From: a virus
DNA: 27,684 nucleotides
Direction: 5' to 3' (one strand)
Virus genome (UHGV): UHGV-0027489
Below are positions 17,704-25,774 of this stretch, one piece after another. Every line of letters begins with the position of its first letter. Positions within the stretch are counted from its first letter, which is position 1. Both the position numbers and the translations under genes were made by a program. The notes under the pieces are model-generated. The model did no database searches. It saw only the letters and a program-made list of their open reading frames with translations, and had not been told where the DNA came from.

Positions 17704-18048
17704 TTACACGCCCAGTTCTTTACGCTTATCTGCGATCTTCTCGCGGAGCGTTTCGGCTTTGGCGTTATGGTGTGGCTTCTCGTTAAAGAGCAATTCGTAC
17801 TCTTCACGGAGCTTATCCAGTTCACCATCATCTGACACATCGTTGATGATTTTGGTGCTGGTTGCTGCCATTGACACCTTTCCTGCAACTTTTGCTTTTG
17901 CCTGTCTGGCTGCATCGTTAACAGGTTCCAGTGCGCTACCAGGCTCACCTTCGTATTCGATTTCTGCCCCCTCCGGCCACAGTGTGTTATGGATATGAGA
18001 GAGGCGCAGAACGCGGTATCTTGGTTTCTCACCTGACATCGATATCAC
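17704..18048 (-). CDS. Small head-module protein (114 aa), unknown function
   Basis: ORF with a lysine-rich C-terminus; located between the putative decoration gene and the attenuator hairpin. Confidence 0.4.
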   Translation of the reverse strand: MISMSGEKPRYRVLRLSHIHNTLWPEGAEIEYEGEPGSALEPVNDAARQAKAKVAGKVSMAATSTKIINDVSDDGELDKLREEYELLFNEKPHHNAKAETLREKIADKRKELGV

Positions 18049-18049
18049 C

Positions 18050-18487
18050 TTAACCAGTTACTTTTGAGCGGATCGGATACGGTGTATTGGCATCAACATC
18101 AAGACTGATACCCGCAGTGAATTCGCCAGCCGTTAGTGGGCCAGTTGCGACGGAGTAGTTAACACGCAGATATCGCTGAACACCGGCAGGCACCTTTGCA
18201 GAAACAACTCGTTTACCTGCTGTCAGGGCGGTCTTTGCCAGTGCGCCACTATCATAAATAGTGGTCCATGAGCTGTTATTCTCACTCGTCTGCAACTGGA
18301 TGTTTACAGTTGCATCACCGCTTGCCGCGGCGGCTGTGTTAACCAGCGCCCAAAACTCAAGCGGGTAACCCACGCCGATATCACGACGTTTTCCGTCAAT
18401 TGGACCGAGATCGATTACGTCAGTAGAAGCCGCGGTATCAGTTACCGCCTGTGCTTCGGAGAACATCAACAGTTTGTCGGTGATCAT
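18050..18487 (-). CDS. Putative capsid decoration/auxiliary head protein (145 aa)
   Basis: Directly follows the major capsid gene; Ala/Thr/Gly-rich, beta-rich-looking sequence; GGAGAAAG RBS. Confidence 0.4.
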   Translation of the reverse strand: MITDKLLMFSEAQAVTDTAASTDVIDLGPIDGKRRDIGVGYPLEFWALVNTAAAASGDATVNIQLQTSENNSSWTTIYDSGALAKTALTAGKRVVSAKVPAGVQRYLRVNYSVATGPLTAGEFTAGISLDVDANTPYPIRSKVTG

Positions 18488-18501
18488 CTTCTTTCTCCAT
18501 T

Positions 18502-18523
18502 AGTGGGTCTGTTACGACCCACT
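18502..18523 (-). other. Stem-loop directly downstream of the major capsid gene (RNA stability/processing element candidate)
   Basis: AGTGGGTC-N6-GACCCACT, 8-bp stem, between the capsid stop (18539) and the next RBS; no U-tract, so not a classical terminator. Confidence 0.3.
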
Positions 18524-18538
18524 GGTTAATAACAGGCG

Positions 18539-19531
18539 TTACACCACACGGGCTTCTGTTTCCAGAAGCGCATCAGTTTCACGGATTGGTACACCACGGA
18601 ATGAAGTCCACCACTCGCCTTCTGTCTCTTTTACGCTGATCGCCAGAGATGTTTTCTCCAGAGATTGCAGATCAAGAGCCTGGCCTACAGTGCGGTTCAT
18701 GTAGAACACCGGGCGACCCATTCCACGGTTTGGAATGCGATGCAGTGCTTTAACCATCAACTTCGCAATATTTGCGGCAGAGGAAGGTTCTGAAAGATTG
18801 CTGACATCGATGTTTGCAATGCGAACAACATAACGCCAGTCACGCAGAGCAAGTCCGTTGTCCCATTTGTAATGGGTGCGATAGCCTTCGTACTTGCCGC
18901 CATTAGCATCTTCCAGTGTCACCTGGCCTTTATCTTCCATCTGGATGCCAGCCTTCTGCCCTTTCGGGAAGATGCCATGCACGGTGTTTCCGCCCCACAC
19001 CACTAACCAGATTGAGGTGTTATCTGTACCCGTGCCACCAGCATCAATGATGTTCTGAGCATTACCCGCAGACAGGCTGGAATAGCGGGAGGACAGTCCC
19101 ATAAACTGCTGAGGGTTAACGCTGGAATCACCATAAAACAGCGTCTGCGCCATCTGCTGATTCATCGCTTCAATAAATGCGCGGTCTTCAGACAGGCGGA
19201 ATTCAGCGGTATTGCCGTTCAGATCAGCCAGTGACTTATCGACTTCAGCATAGGTTTCCAGCATGCCAACGGAATCGGTTACCTGCACTGTGGTTGATTT
19301 GCTTGGCTGTACGCCATAGTTCAGCAAACGCCAGGTAGCTGAAGGTAAACCAGAACGAATGGTGGTTCGGTGTCCGGTAGGAAGGTTCCCTTCGACAAAA
19401 GGCATATCCTGAAGGATCGGGTTAGTTTGACCGAGAAGCTCGATAATCTTATCGACTTTCCCGTTTGGATCGACGCGCTTACCCCAGTCAGCCAGCGTTA
19501 GCGCAGTTAAGCCTTTAACAGCCATTGTCAT
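18539..19531 (-). CDS. Major capsid protein
   Basis: 330-aa ORF immediately downstream of the acidic scaffold-like gene and followed by a stem-loop; size and position typical of an HK97-fold major capsid protein. Confidence 0.65.
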   Translation of the reverse strand: MTMAVKGLTALTLADWGKRVDPNGKVDKIIELLGQTNPILQDMPFVEGNLPTGHRTTIRSGLPSATWRLLNYGVQPSKSTTVQVTDSVGMLETYAEVDKSLADLNGNTAEFRLSEDRAFIEAMNQQMAQTLFYGDSSVNPQQFMGLSSRYSSLSAGNAQNIIDAGGTGTDNTSIWLVVWGGNTVHGIFPKGQKAGIQMEDKGQVTLEDANGGKYEGYRTHYKWDNGLALRDWRYVVRIANIDVSNLSEPSSAANIAKLMVKALHRIPNRGMGRPVFYMNRTVGQALDLQSLEKTSLAISVKETEGEWWTSFRGVPIRETDALLETEARVV

Positions 19532-19539
19532 TTCCTCTC

Positions 19540-20241
19540 TTATTTGCCATAGAGCACTTCGGCCGCACTACGCTGGCCTTCATTACCACCGGTGACCATG
19601 CCATCTTCAGACATCGCCTTTCCGATTTTCACGAACGTTTTGACCAGATCAGGGTGATTACCCAGCCCGGTGGTGTTCAGATATTCTTTGAGTTCAGGTG
19701 TCCCGAACTGGTCAAGCGCACGCTGTGCGACGCTAAGGTTAGAAATCAACTTGTCGCCACCGATTTCTTTGTCAGCTTTTACATCCGCAGCCCACTGCTC
19801 GGTTGTTTTCTGCCAGGCTTCTGCCTGGCGCTGCTGAACACCTGCCAGAATCTTCGGATAAGCATCAACCAGCTTTTGCGCTTGCTCGTTGGTCAGGTTA
19901 AGTTCTCGCGCCACCGGCTCGAATTCCTTCAACGCTTCTGTATCCAGATCTACGCCTTCGGCAGCCTGAAACTCGTACTTCTCAGGCGCACCCTCTGGTT
20001 TATCGCCGCCCTTTTTTTCATCCTGCTTATCGTTTTCAGGCTTTTTGTCATCAGCAGGTTTATCGCCATCAGCAACAGGTTGTGGCTTATCACCTTCTTG
20101 TTGTGATGGATCACCAACTGGAGCAGGGTTATCACCTGCAGGCGCTGACGGTTCTGACGCAGCCGGAGCTGCTCCACCATCGACTGGTTGCTCATTGCAA
20201 AGACGGCGATACAGCAAACGCTCAAATAAATTCATGATCAC
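19540..20241 (-). CDS. Scaffolding protein (putative)
   Basis: 233 aa, highly acidic low-complexity N-terminal half (P/A/D/K/E-rich) and helical C-terminal half; between portal and capsid genes; 4-nt overlap with the upstream gene. Confidence 0.55.
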   Translation of the reverse strand: MIMNLFERLLYRRLCNEQPVDGGAAPAASEPSAPAGDNPAPVGDPSQQEGDKPQPVADGDKPADDKKPENDKQDEKKGGDKPEGAPEKYEFQAAEGVDLDTEALKEFEPVARELNLTNEQAQKLVDAYPKILAGVQQRQAEAWQKTTEQWAADVKADKEIGGDKLISNLSVAQRALDQFGTPELKEYLNTTGLGNHPDLVKTFVKIGKAMSEDGMVTGGNEGQRSAAEVLYGK

Positions 20242-20534
20242 TCCTGTTCACTGGCCTCTTTGGCCATCTTCAAATACTGTTCAGGGCAATGCGCCATAAC
20301 GCGCTGAAACAGTTCCAGCGCCAGATTGCGTTGCCCCTCATTAAATGCCATTGCCATAGCGTCCATCGGTGAGATAGCGGAAAACACACGGCCTTTCTCC
20401 AGCACCGACCAGACAACGCGACGCCCCTGTTCACTGCTCATGACAAAGCGAATGTCATCAATTTCACGCTGTGCCATGTCACGTTGCTTACGGGCGTTTT
20501 CTTCTTTCAGTTGATCATCTTCGTAATCTGTCAT
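20238..20534 (-). CDS. Small head-assembly-region protein (98 aa), unknown function
   Basis: ORF between portal and scaffold, overlapping both by 4 nt (translational coupling). Confidence 0.4.
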   Translation of the reverse strand: MTDYEDDQLKEENARKQRDMAQREIDDIRFVMSSEQGRRVVWSVLEKGRVFSAISPMDAMAMAFNEGQRNLALELFQRVMAHCPEQYLKMAKEASEQE

Positions 20535-22210
20535 TGTGATTGCCCACCCTGACCACTAACTGCATTCGCCATAGCTGACAAAACACTCGGATCCGAAGTT
20601 TTAGCTTCGCTTAGCGTCTTGGCGCCCTGTGCCGCCGCCATTCCCATCGCCATCATTTGTTGCTGCTGTTGCTGCTGTGCCCGTTGCTGGCGAGCCTGCT
20701 CAACCTGTTCCTGCGGAACAATGACGGTTGGAGACACTCCGGACATATCAGCGAATGCATCGATCGCCTGATCAACGTTGAGTTTGTCGAGAGCTTCTGG
20801 TTTCGCTTGCGCAAGTTGACCAATGAAGTTGACCGTAGACGCCAGACTGGACAGGCCGATAGACTTCTGCGCCTGAGCCATGACGGAAATGTATTCGACC
20901 TTCAGGGGCATGCCTTCCATCGCGTCAGGCGGTGGCGGCAGCATGTTTTTACGCACCATCATCGAGAAAGCGCGGTCAATGAGAGGATTAAGACATTCGT
21001 CGTTCAGACGCTCCAGAACCGGCCCCAACATCAGAAGCTTTTCTTCTTTCATTTCGATCACTGCTTCAACAGGCATCGAGCGGGTATTGATGTTCTGCAA
21101 CATCATGAACAGATCGACAAAGTAGGCGCTGTTAATGATTTGGCGAGTGTCCTGAATGTCTGCTACCAGATCTGCTGTACTGGGGTTAACCAGATAAGCA
21201 GGCCTGAAACCATCCTGACCAGTAATCTGATCGATATACGTGATGTCGCCAGGAAGAAGGGAGGCGCGCTGATTCTTGAGGGAAGTCGGAGCAACCATCG
21301 GCGGATTGGTGGCTTTATCAATCAACTGCGACTTGCGCTTCTGGAGAAGCTGCAATGCCTTAACAGGTCCAAGCGCCAGCATACCCGGGCATGATGATCC
21401 ATAAACATCTTCGCCGTTAACTTCCCAGCGCGGAGCCATAATTGGAAACTCATCGAATCCGGACTCACGCAACAACTTGTCGTTATCGCCACCAACCTCG
21501 TAATAAACCGATTTGAATGGCTTGTTCTTGCTATCCAGCTTCGATGTATCGCGGTCAATGTTCGGGTAAACCGAATGCATCACTTCGATCCACTTCTCGT
21601 AGGTGCCGCTTTCCCACATGCTTTTTACGGATTCGCTGACGTTATTTAGCCCGAACTCCTGAACAAGCTGACGAACAGTCATAGAGAACTTGCGAAAACA
21701 GGTGTCAACACTGCCACGAGGTGAGTTAGCCAGGTAGTAACTGCCTATCGGGAATGGCATTGTGCGAATGATGTCCTCGTCATCCTCCAGCACTGCCATT
21801 GCACCAGTGCTGTATGTGCCGAGGCTTCCGTATAACTGCGGCAGCGACTGATAGAGATTCGACTTATTGAACATATCGTTCATGCGGTTCTGCACCGCCT
21901 CAAGCCACAACTTAACAGGGCCATAATCCATCATTTCAGGATCTGGCGTAGCCAGGCGAAACCACGGACGCGCGGGGCTTGTGATGCCTGACATCATGCC
22001 GCTGGCGAGAGTGCGCGCCGCCATAGTCCCGGTCGAATCAATAATGCGTGTATTGCGTCGATCGTTACGGTTGACCTCAGAAGTCAGAAAGCGGGAACCA
22101 CGCGGGTTGATGTAATCACTCAACTCGCGCCAGTGCGGCTCAAACGACTGACGCTCGCTTTCAAGTTGTGCGAACTGTTTGTTCAATCGCTCTTTAGTTG
22201 TTTCCGCCAT
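20531..22210 (-). CDS. Portal protein
   Basis: 559-aa ORF downstream of the terminase genes and upstream of scaffold/capsid; C-terminal poly-Gln/Ala/Met low-complexity tail; RBS context GGAGTCATTGAAATG. Confidence 0.65.
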   Translation of the reverse strand: MAETTKERLNKQFAQLESERQSFEPHWRELSDYINPRGSRFLTSEVNRNDRRNTRIIDSTGTMAARTLASGMMSGITSPARPWFRLATPDPEMMDYGPVKLWLEAVQNRMNDMFNKSNLYQSLPQLYGSLGTYSTGAMAVLEDDEDIIRTMPFPIGSYYLANSPRGSVDTCFRKFSMTVRQLVQEFGLNNVSESVKSMWESGTYEKWIEVMHSVYPNIDRDTSKLDSKNKPFKSVYYEVGGDNDKLLRESGFDEFPIMAPRWEVNGEDVYGSSCPGMLALGPVKALQLLQKRKSQLIDKATNPPMVAPTSLKNQRASLLPGDITYIDQITGQDGFRPAYLVNPSTADLVADIQDTRQIINSAYFVDLFMMLQNINTRSMPVEAVIEMKEEKLLMLGPVLERLNDECLNPLIDRAFSMMVRKNMLPPPPDAMEGMPLKVEYISVMAQAQKSIGLSSLASTVNFIGQLAQAKPEALDKLNVDQAIDAFADMSGVSPTVIVPQEQVEQARQQRAQQQQQQQMMAMGMAAAQGAKTLSEAKTSDPSVLSAMANAVSGQGGQSQ

Positions 22211-22224
22211 TTCAATGACTCCGG

Positions 22225-22431
22225 TTACTGACCAAGCAGCGTTTTACCGCTGGTATTAGCGGTTGATGTGTCGCCCTGAGAACCGGTAAGCAGCGTAGAA
22301 CTACGACCAGCAGCAGCGCGACGGCGACGTGTTTCTTCGTCGCGGGCATCAACAACGGCGGCATCCTGCTCCTGTGGTGCTGCCTGAACTTCTGGTGTTG
22401 CAGGCACTGATGGTGAGCTACCCATGCACAT
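22225..22431 (-). CDS. Small hydrophilic protein (68 aa) preceding the portal gene
   Basis: ATG 22431 with a GGAG RBS in a 15-nt context nearly identical to the portal's; preferred over the overlapping 79-aa frame (22212-22451), whose translation looks non-protein-like. Confidence 0.4.
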   Translation of the reverse strand: MCMGSSPSVPATPEVQAAPQEQDAAVVDARDEETRRRRAAAGRSSTLLTGSQGDTSTANTSGKTLLGQ

Positions 22432-22457
22432 ATCAATGACTCCGTACGCAATTAAAT

Positions 22458-22480
22458 TATTACCAATTTAACCACATATG
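22458..22480. promoter_or_regulatory. Conserved 23-bp element TATTACC-N5-AACCACATATG (copy B)
   Basis: 18 of 23 identity to 5499-5521; intergenic, between the 68-aa gene start and the tRNA-region promoter. Confidence 0.45.
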
Positions 22481-22499
22481 ATTTATTTATCGTAGGTAG

Positions 22500-22537
22500 T
22501 TGACATTTAACGCACAAATTATTACCTTTCAGGTAAG
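22500..22537 (+). promoter_or_regulatory. Putative promoter (TTGACA -35) overlapping operator-like palindrome ATTACCTTTCAGGTAA (copy B)
   Basis: Consensus -35 hexamer TTGACA at 22500-22505; the 16-bp palindrome at 22521-22536 is identical to 5550-5565 and overlaps where a -10 would lie. Confidence 0.45.
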
Positions 22538-22858
22538 TAAAGGGTTCATTCCGGTTATTAACCTGACTTGCTTGTCGTTAAATTGAACAGGTGGAGTGAG
22601 CTTTTATTTTGAGCAGTACGGCGTATGGCACATGCGCCGATAGCGGTCTGGGTACGTTTAAGGGGCACCCTCCCTTGCTCGGGCAAACGAACCAGGTAGC
22701 CGGAATGTGCAAGTCAAGCGGTTTTATTCCGCGCACGGGGATTCACCATCCCGGCGATTCGGTGTGACGCCTCGGAAGAGACGAGGGTACAACGATGAGA
22801 GCATTTATGGAGCCGCGACAAAGTGTGGCGCCTTAACAGGCTAAGTGCTCTCAGCGTT
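22538..22858 (+). other. ORF-free GC-rich leader upstream of the tRNA (candidate structured RNA / tRNA precursor leader)
   Basis: About 320 nt with no ORF of 60 aa or more on either strand in an otherwise densely coding genome; several local hairpins; contains a 13-codon mini-ORF (22795-22836, MRAFMEPRQSVAP) with a GAGGG RBS. Confidence 0.25.
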
Positions 22859-22935
22859 GTGGCATTAGCTCAGTTGGACAGAGCAACCGCCTTCTAAGCG
22901 GTTGGTCGCAGGTTCGAATCCTGCATGCCACGCCA
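22859..22935 (+). tRNA. tRNA-Arg (anticodon UCU)
   Basis: 77 nt by hand folding: acceptor stem GTGGCAT/ATGCCAC, D-arm GCTC-AGTTGGACA-GAGC, anticodon stem ACCGC/GCGGT with loop CTTCTAA (anticodon TCT), T-arm GCAGG-TTCGAAT-CCTGC, discriminator G, encoded CCA. Resembles but is not identical to E. coli argU as I recall it. Confidence 0.85.
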
Positions 22936-22981
22936 GAATCACGCCTAAGGACCGTGATGCCAGAAGTTCCAGGTGCTTGGC

Positions 22982-23021
22982 GGTGATAGTTTCCCTTGAA
23001 GGACTATCACCGCACTTTTTA
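22982..23021 (+). terminator. Intrinsic terminator downstream of the tRNA
   Basis: GGTGATAGT-N12-ACTATCACC 9-bp stem followed by GCAC then TTTTT, about 45 nt after the tRNA 3' end. Confidence 0.45.
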
Positions 23022-23098
23022 CAGCAGGACGCCATTGCGATGACTTCATGCTGTAAACCCGTACAGCCACGGAAGGCATAACTCATTGCTTCCAGTTC

Positions 23099-23122
23099 GC
23101 CCGGTTCGCCGGGCATTTTTTT
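23099..23122 (+). terminator. Intrinsic terminator / attenuator immediately upstream of the 123-aa gene
   Basis: GCCCGG-TTCG-CCGGGC (6-bp stem, TTCG tetraloop) followed by ATTTTTTT; ends about 12 nt before ATG 23134 and abuts its RBS. Confidence 0.55.
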
Positions 23123-23133
23123 AAGGTGAGATT

Positions 23134-23505
23134 ATGAACGACCAGCAAATCGAAAAAGAAATCGTTGAGAAAGGCAAAACGGCACCGCGCGTTACGCCAG
23201 ACCATATCGAAGGCATTATTGCTCAGGAGGCATATTTCACAGCAGAAGATGGTGCCTTTGGCAAAGCCATAAAAGCGAAACATACTGGCGGAGAGGTAAA
23301 CTACCAGCCGCACGAATCACTTTCTCTGCTGACGTTCTGCGTCCTGGTGCTGCGCAACGGCTTCACCGTCACCGGAGAAAGCGCCTGTGCAAGCCCGGAA
23401 AACTTTGATGCAGAAATTGGTCGGAAGATTGCCCGGCAGAATGCTGTAAACAAAATCTGGATGCTCGAAGGTTACTTGCTGAAGCAGAAGCTAAGCGAGC
23501 AATAA
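23134..23505 (+). CDS. Conserved small phage protein (123 aa), possibly N4 gp49 / Sf6 gp66 family; function unknown
   Basis: AAGGTGAG RBS before the ATG; motif block NGFTVTGESACASPENFDAEIGRKIA...IWMLEGYLL looks domain-like and matches my recollection of the Gp49-like family (unverified); opposite strand to the flanking terminase and portal genes. Confidence 0.5.
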   Translation: MNDQQIEKEIVEKGKTAPRVTPDHIEGIIAQEAYFTAEDGAFGKAIKAKHTGGEVNYQPHESLSLLTFCVLVLRNGFTVTGESACASPENFDAEIGRKIARQNAVNKIWMLEGYLLKQKLSEQ

Positions 23506-23509
23506 CACC

Positions 23510-23521
23510 GTGACATGTCAC
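23510..23521. repeat. Perfect 12-bp palindrome GTGACATGTCAC (copy 2 of 3)
   Basis: Starts 5 nt after the stop of the 123-aa gene, directly before a terminator hairpin; flanks cGTGACATGTCACa identical to copy 3. Confidence 0.6.
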
Positions 23522-23525
23522 AAAC

Positions 23526-23552
23526 AGCCAGCCTATGAGCTGGCTTTGTTTT
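23526..23552 (+). terminator. Intrinsic terminator after the 123-aa gene
   Basis: AGCCAGC-ctatga-GCTGGCT stem-loop followed by TTGTTTTAT. Confidence 0.5.
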
Positions 23553-23595
23553 ATCCTCACCAGAGGATATCAACGACATTATCCCCACCAGCGGA

Positions 23596-25071
23596 TTAAG
23601 CATAGGGATCGTAATCTGTGATGGCCTTGCCTTGCTGGTTCTGCTGACCGGGAATTCGCAGACGCTTCGACACAGGGAACGCAAACGTCAGCAGTAGCGC
23701 ATCGCCTTTACCAGGAGAACGCCCAAGTCGCTCTTTGATATCTTCCTTCGGTTCGATAACGATTTTACCGTCCACTCGAACTTTGTACTCTGCCGCCGAC
23801 AGGTCGTCTGCAGTTTCCTGGTCATCCAGCATGCCGCCCAGCCTCAGCCATGTCTTACATGAGTTGAACATCTCCCCACGCTTGTTGAGCATCTGCGGGT
23901 CAGTAGACGCGCCACCGAACGGAACAAGTTGCCATGTACGACCCCAGCCGTCACCGATTGACTTCAGACCAGTTCCGTAACCGAAGTCGATGAACACTGC
24001 GTCAGCCTGGTACTGGTCTTCAAAGTCAGCGATACGCTTCGCCATAATCAGATCGTCGGTGGTCTTGTTACCAGTCCATAGCACCTTACTGTGCAGCCCC
24101 TGCCGCAGGTATATCACCGCGTCATCAACGCCTGAGTATGCCGGGTCAACGCCGATTATCACCGGAGCATGTGCAACCTGCACAGCGGTGACCACCCGTT
24201 TCATTGCCTCGTCAGTAAGTCCGGTAGGGATAAACTGCAATTCGGATGCATCCGGGAATATGCCGCGCACACGGATTTTAACGAAGTCGCTGTCTTCCCC
24301 GTAGTCATCAACCCATTTCTGCAACTGCTGTTTGTTAGTGCCTTCCACCGTCCGGCTGTCAATCTGCGCAGTTTTCCAGCGGTGTTTATATTTGCGGAAA
24401 CATTCGCGAAAACGCCCGGTGTTACGTGTAGGGTTTCCGAACGCCACCCAGATAATCTCAGTGTCTTCGTCCGTAAGCGCACCCTCAGCAACTTCCCACA
24501 CCAGATCCGCAATGTTCGACGCTTCATCGAATACCACGATGATGCGTTTGCGCTCGTTGTGTAGTCCGGCGAATGCCTCAGTGTTGTGCTCAGACCAGGG
24601 TATTGCGTCAGCCCGCCACCGCTTGTCGTGCCCAGGGTCATTGCTGTACATCGCAGTAGCGGTACAGGTAAACCAGTCTTTCGTGATAGCAAGGTTCGAC
24701 CACTTGATAATTTCCGGCCAGGTCTTCGTTCGTAGCTGGTTGTCGGTGTTGGCGGTCACCACGATCTTACAATCCTCGCAAGTGGACATGCCCCAGTTGA
24801 TCAGCATTGAGATGAATGCGGATTTACCAATACCGTGACCAGAAGCGCGTGCCAGCATAAGCGGCTGATAGCGCGTCTCTGGATTCTGCAGGTGATCACG
24901 TATCTCTCGGAACGCATCAGCCTGCCACTGACGTGGGCCGGTAGCATGTGCCAGTTCAGTCCCCTCTTCCCCCCACGGGAACGCATAGAGGGCATAGCCA
25001 AGCGGATCGTGAGTGAACCCTGCAATATCCTCGATCAACTGCTCTTCAGGAGATAACGCTGTATCTGTCAC
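23596..25071 (-). CDS. Terminase large subunit
   Basis: 491 aa; Walker A-like ASGHGIGKS near the N-terminal ATPase region, acidic nuclease-like C-terminal half; start overlaps the stop of the small-terminase gene by 4 nt; followed by the portal after the moron insert. Confidence 0.8.
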   Translation of the reverse strand: MTDTALSPEEQLIEDIAGFTHDPLGYALYAFPWGEEGTELAHATGPRQWQADAFREIRDHLQNPETRYQPLMLARASGHGIGKSAFISMLINWGMSTCEDCKIVVTANTDNQLRTKTWPEIIKWSNLAITKDWFTCTATAMYSNDPGHDKRWRADAIPWSEHNTEAFAGLHNERKRIIVVFDEASNIADLVWEVAEGALTDEDTEIIWVAFGNPTRNTGRFRECFRKYKHRWKTAQIDSRTVEGTNKQQLQKWVDDYGEDSDFVKIRVRGIFPDASELQFIPTGLTDEAMKRVVTAVQVAHAPVIIGVDPAYSGVDDAVIYLRQGLHSKVLWTGNKTTDDLIMAKRIADFEDQYQADAVFIDFGYGTGLKSIGDGWGRTWQLVPFGGASTDPQMLNKRGEMFNSCKTWLRLGGMLDDQETADDLSAAEYKVRVDGKIVIEPKEDIKERLGRSPGKGDALLLTFAFPVSKRLRIPGQQNQQGKAITDYDPYA

Positions 25072-25664
25072 TGATTACCATCCTGACGTTCTTTGAGTCG
25101 CTTCCTGGCTGCCGCTATGCGATCAGCAATTGTCACATTCACATTAACATCCAGGCGTTCTTTGAATGCGTTGACGTCGACGTGCTTACCAATCAGTTCG
25201 AGGTTCTTCACCTTGTCAGGCCATTTAATTTTTTTGAGGATTGTCTCTATCGAATCCTCGTTCATGTTCATGATGGTCGATGACAGATCAAAGCCACTAA
25301 GCGTAGTGCGCCAGATTTTCGGCCACTCGCGGATTGGCTTAAGGCTCCCATCGTCGTTGAGGATATCAATCACGTCCATCTGGTCGATCTCCACCAGGCG
25401 CATGAGAACGTAATCGGCACTGACGCGCATTCGTTTGTTGCGCTCCTCCATCAACTCGGCAATCCGTTTTTGAATGCGTTCATCGCGCATCATGACACTG
25501 GCTTTAACTGCCGCTGTATTTGGGGAGAATCCTGCGTTAATCGCTGCCTGAGTCTGGTTTTCAGGCGTTTTGATGTATGACTGGCAATAAGCCTCCTGCA
25601 TTGCTGTTAGTGGCTTAAATTGCGTTGATTTGCGTTTATAGGTTTTAGGTTCAGCAGGCATCAT
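25068..25664 (-). CDS. Terminase small subunit
   Basis: Immediately upstream of and overlapping terL; basic helix-rich protein. Start set at ATG-ATG (25664) with GGTGG RBS; the track's longer ORF uses a TTG at 25742, which would add a Thr/Val-rich low-complexity extension. Confidence 0.6.
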   Translation of the reverse strand: MMPAEPKTYKRKSTQFKPLTAMQEAYCQSYIKTPENQTQAAINAGFSPNTAAVKASVMMRDERIQKRIAELMEERNKRMRVSADYVLMRLVEIDQMDVIDILNDDGSLKPIREWPKIWRTTLSGFDLSSTIMNMNEDSIETILKKIKWPDKVKNLELIGKHVDVNAFKERLDVNVNVTIADRIAAARKRLKERQDGNQ

Positions 25665-25774
25665 AACCACCGTGGTAATAGTTACCGTTGTGGTAATAGT
25701 ACCATGCAAAATAAAGCCGCCATAGTTGGCGGCAGTATTCAAAACCCATCAAATTCATCATGCATAATCTACTC

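Noticed and set aside
22212-22451. 79-aa minus-strand ORF overlapping the 68-aa gene.
   Set aside because: Its translation is Cys/His/Leu-rich junk-like sequence and its start lacks an RBS; the 68-aa frame has a GGAG RBS.
22859-22935. The tRNA as a prophage attachment site or host-prophage junction.
   Set aside because: Phage genes of one continuous packaging/head operon (terL and portal) flank it on both sides in consistent orientation and no integrase is nearby, so it is internal cargo. The attachment site must lie outside this window.
23051-23066. Second CTGT-N8-ACAG LexA-like site (CTGTAAACCCGTACAG) upstream of the 123-aa gene.
   Set aside because: Only the core tetranucleotides match and the spacer is GC-rich rather than the (TA)4-like consensus; roughly one such core match is expected by chance in a window this size.
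22865-23116. Minus-strand 83-aa ORF overlapping the tRNA gene and its terminator.
   Set aside because: It overlaps a confidently folded tRNA and two hairpin terminators and has no RBS; it is an artefact of the ORF-free region.
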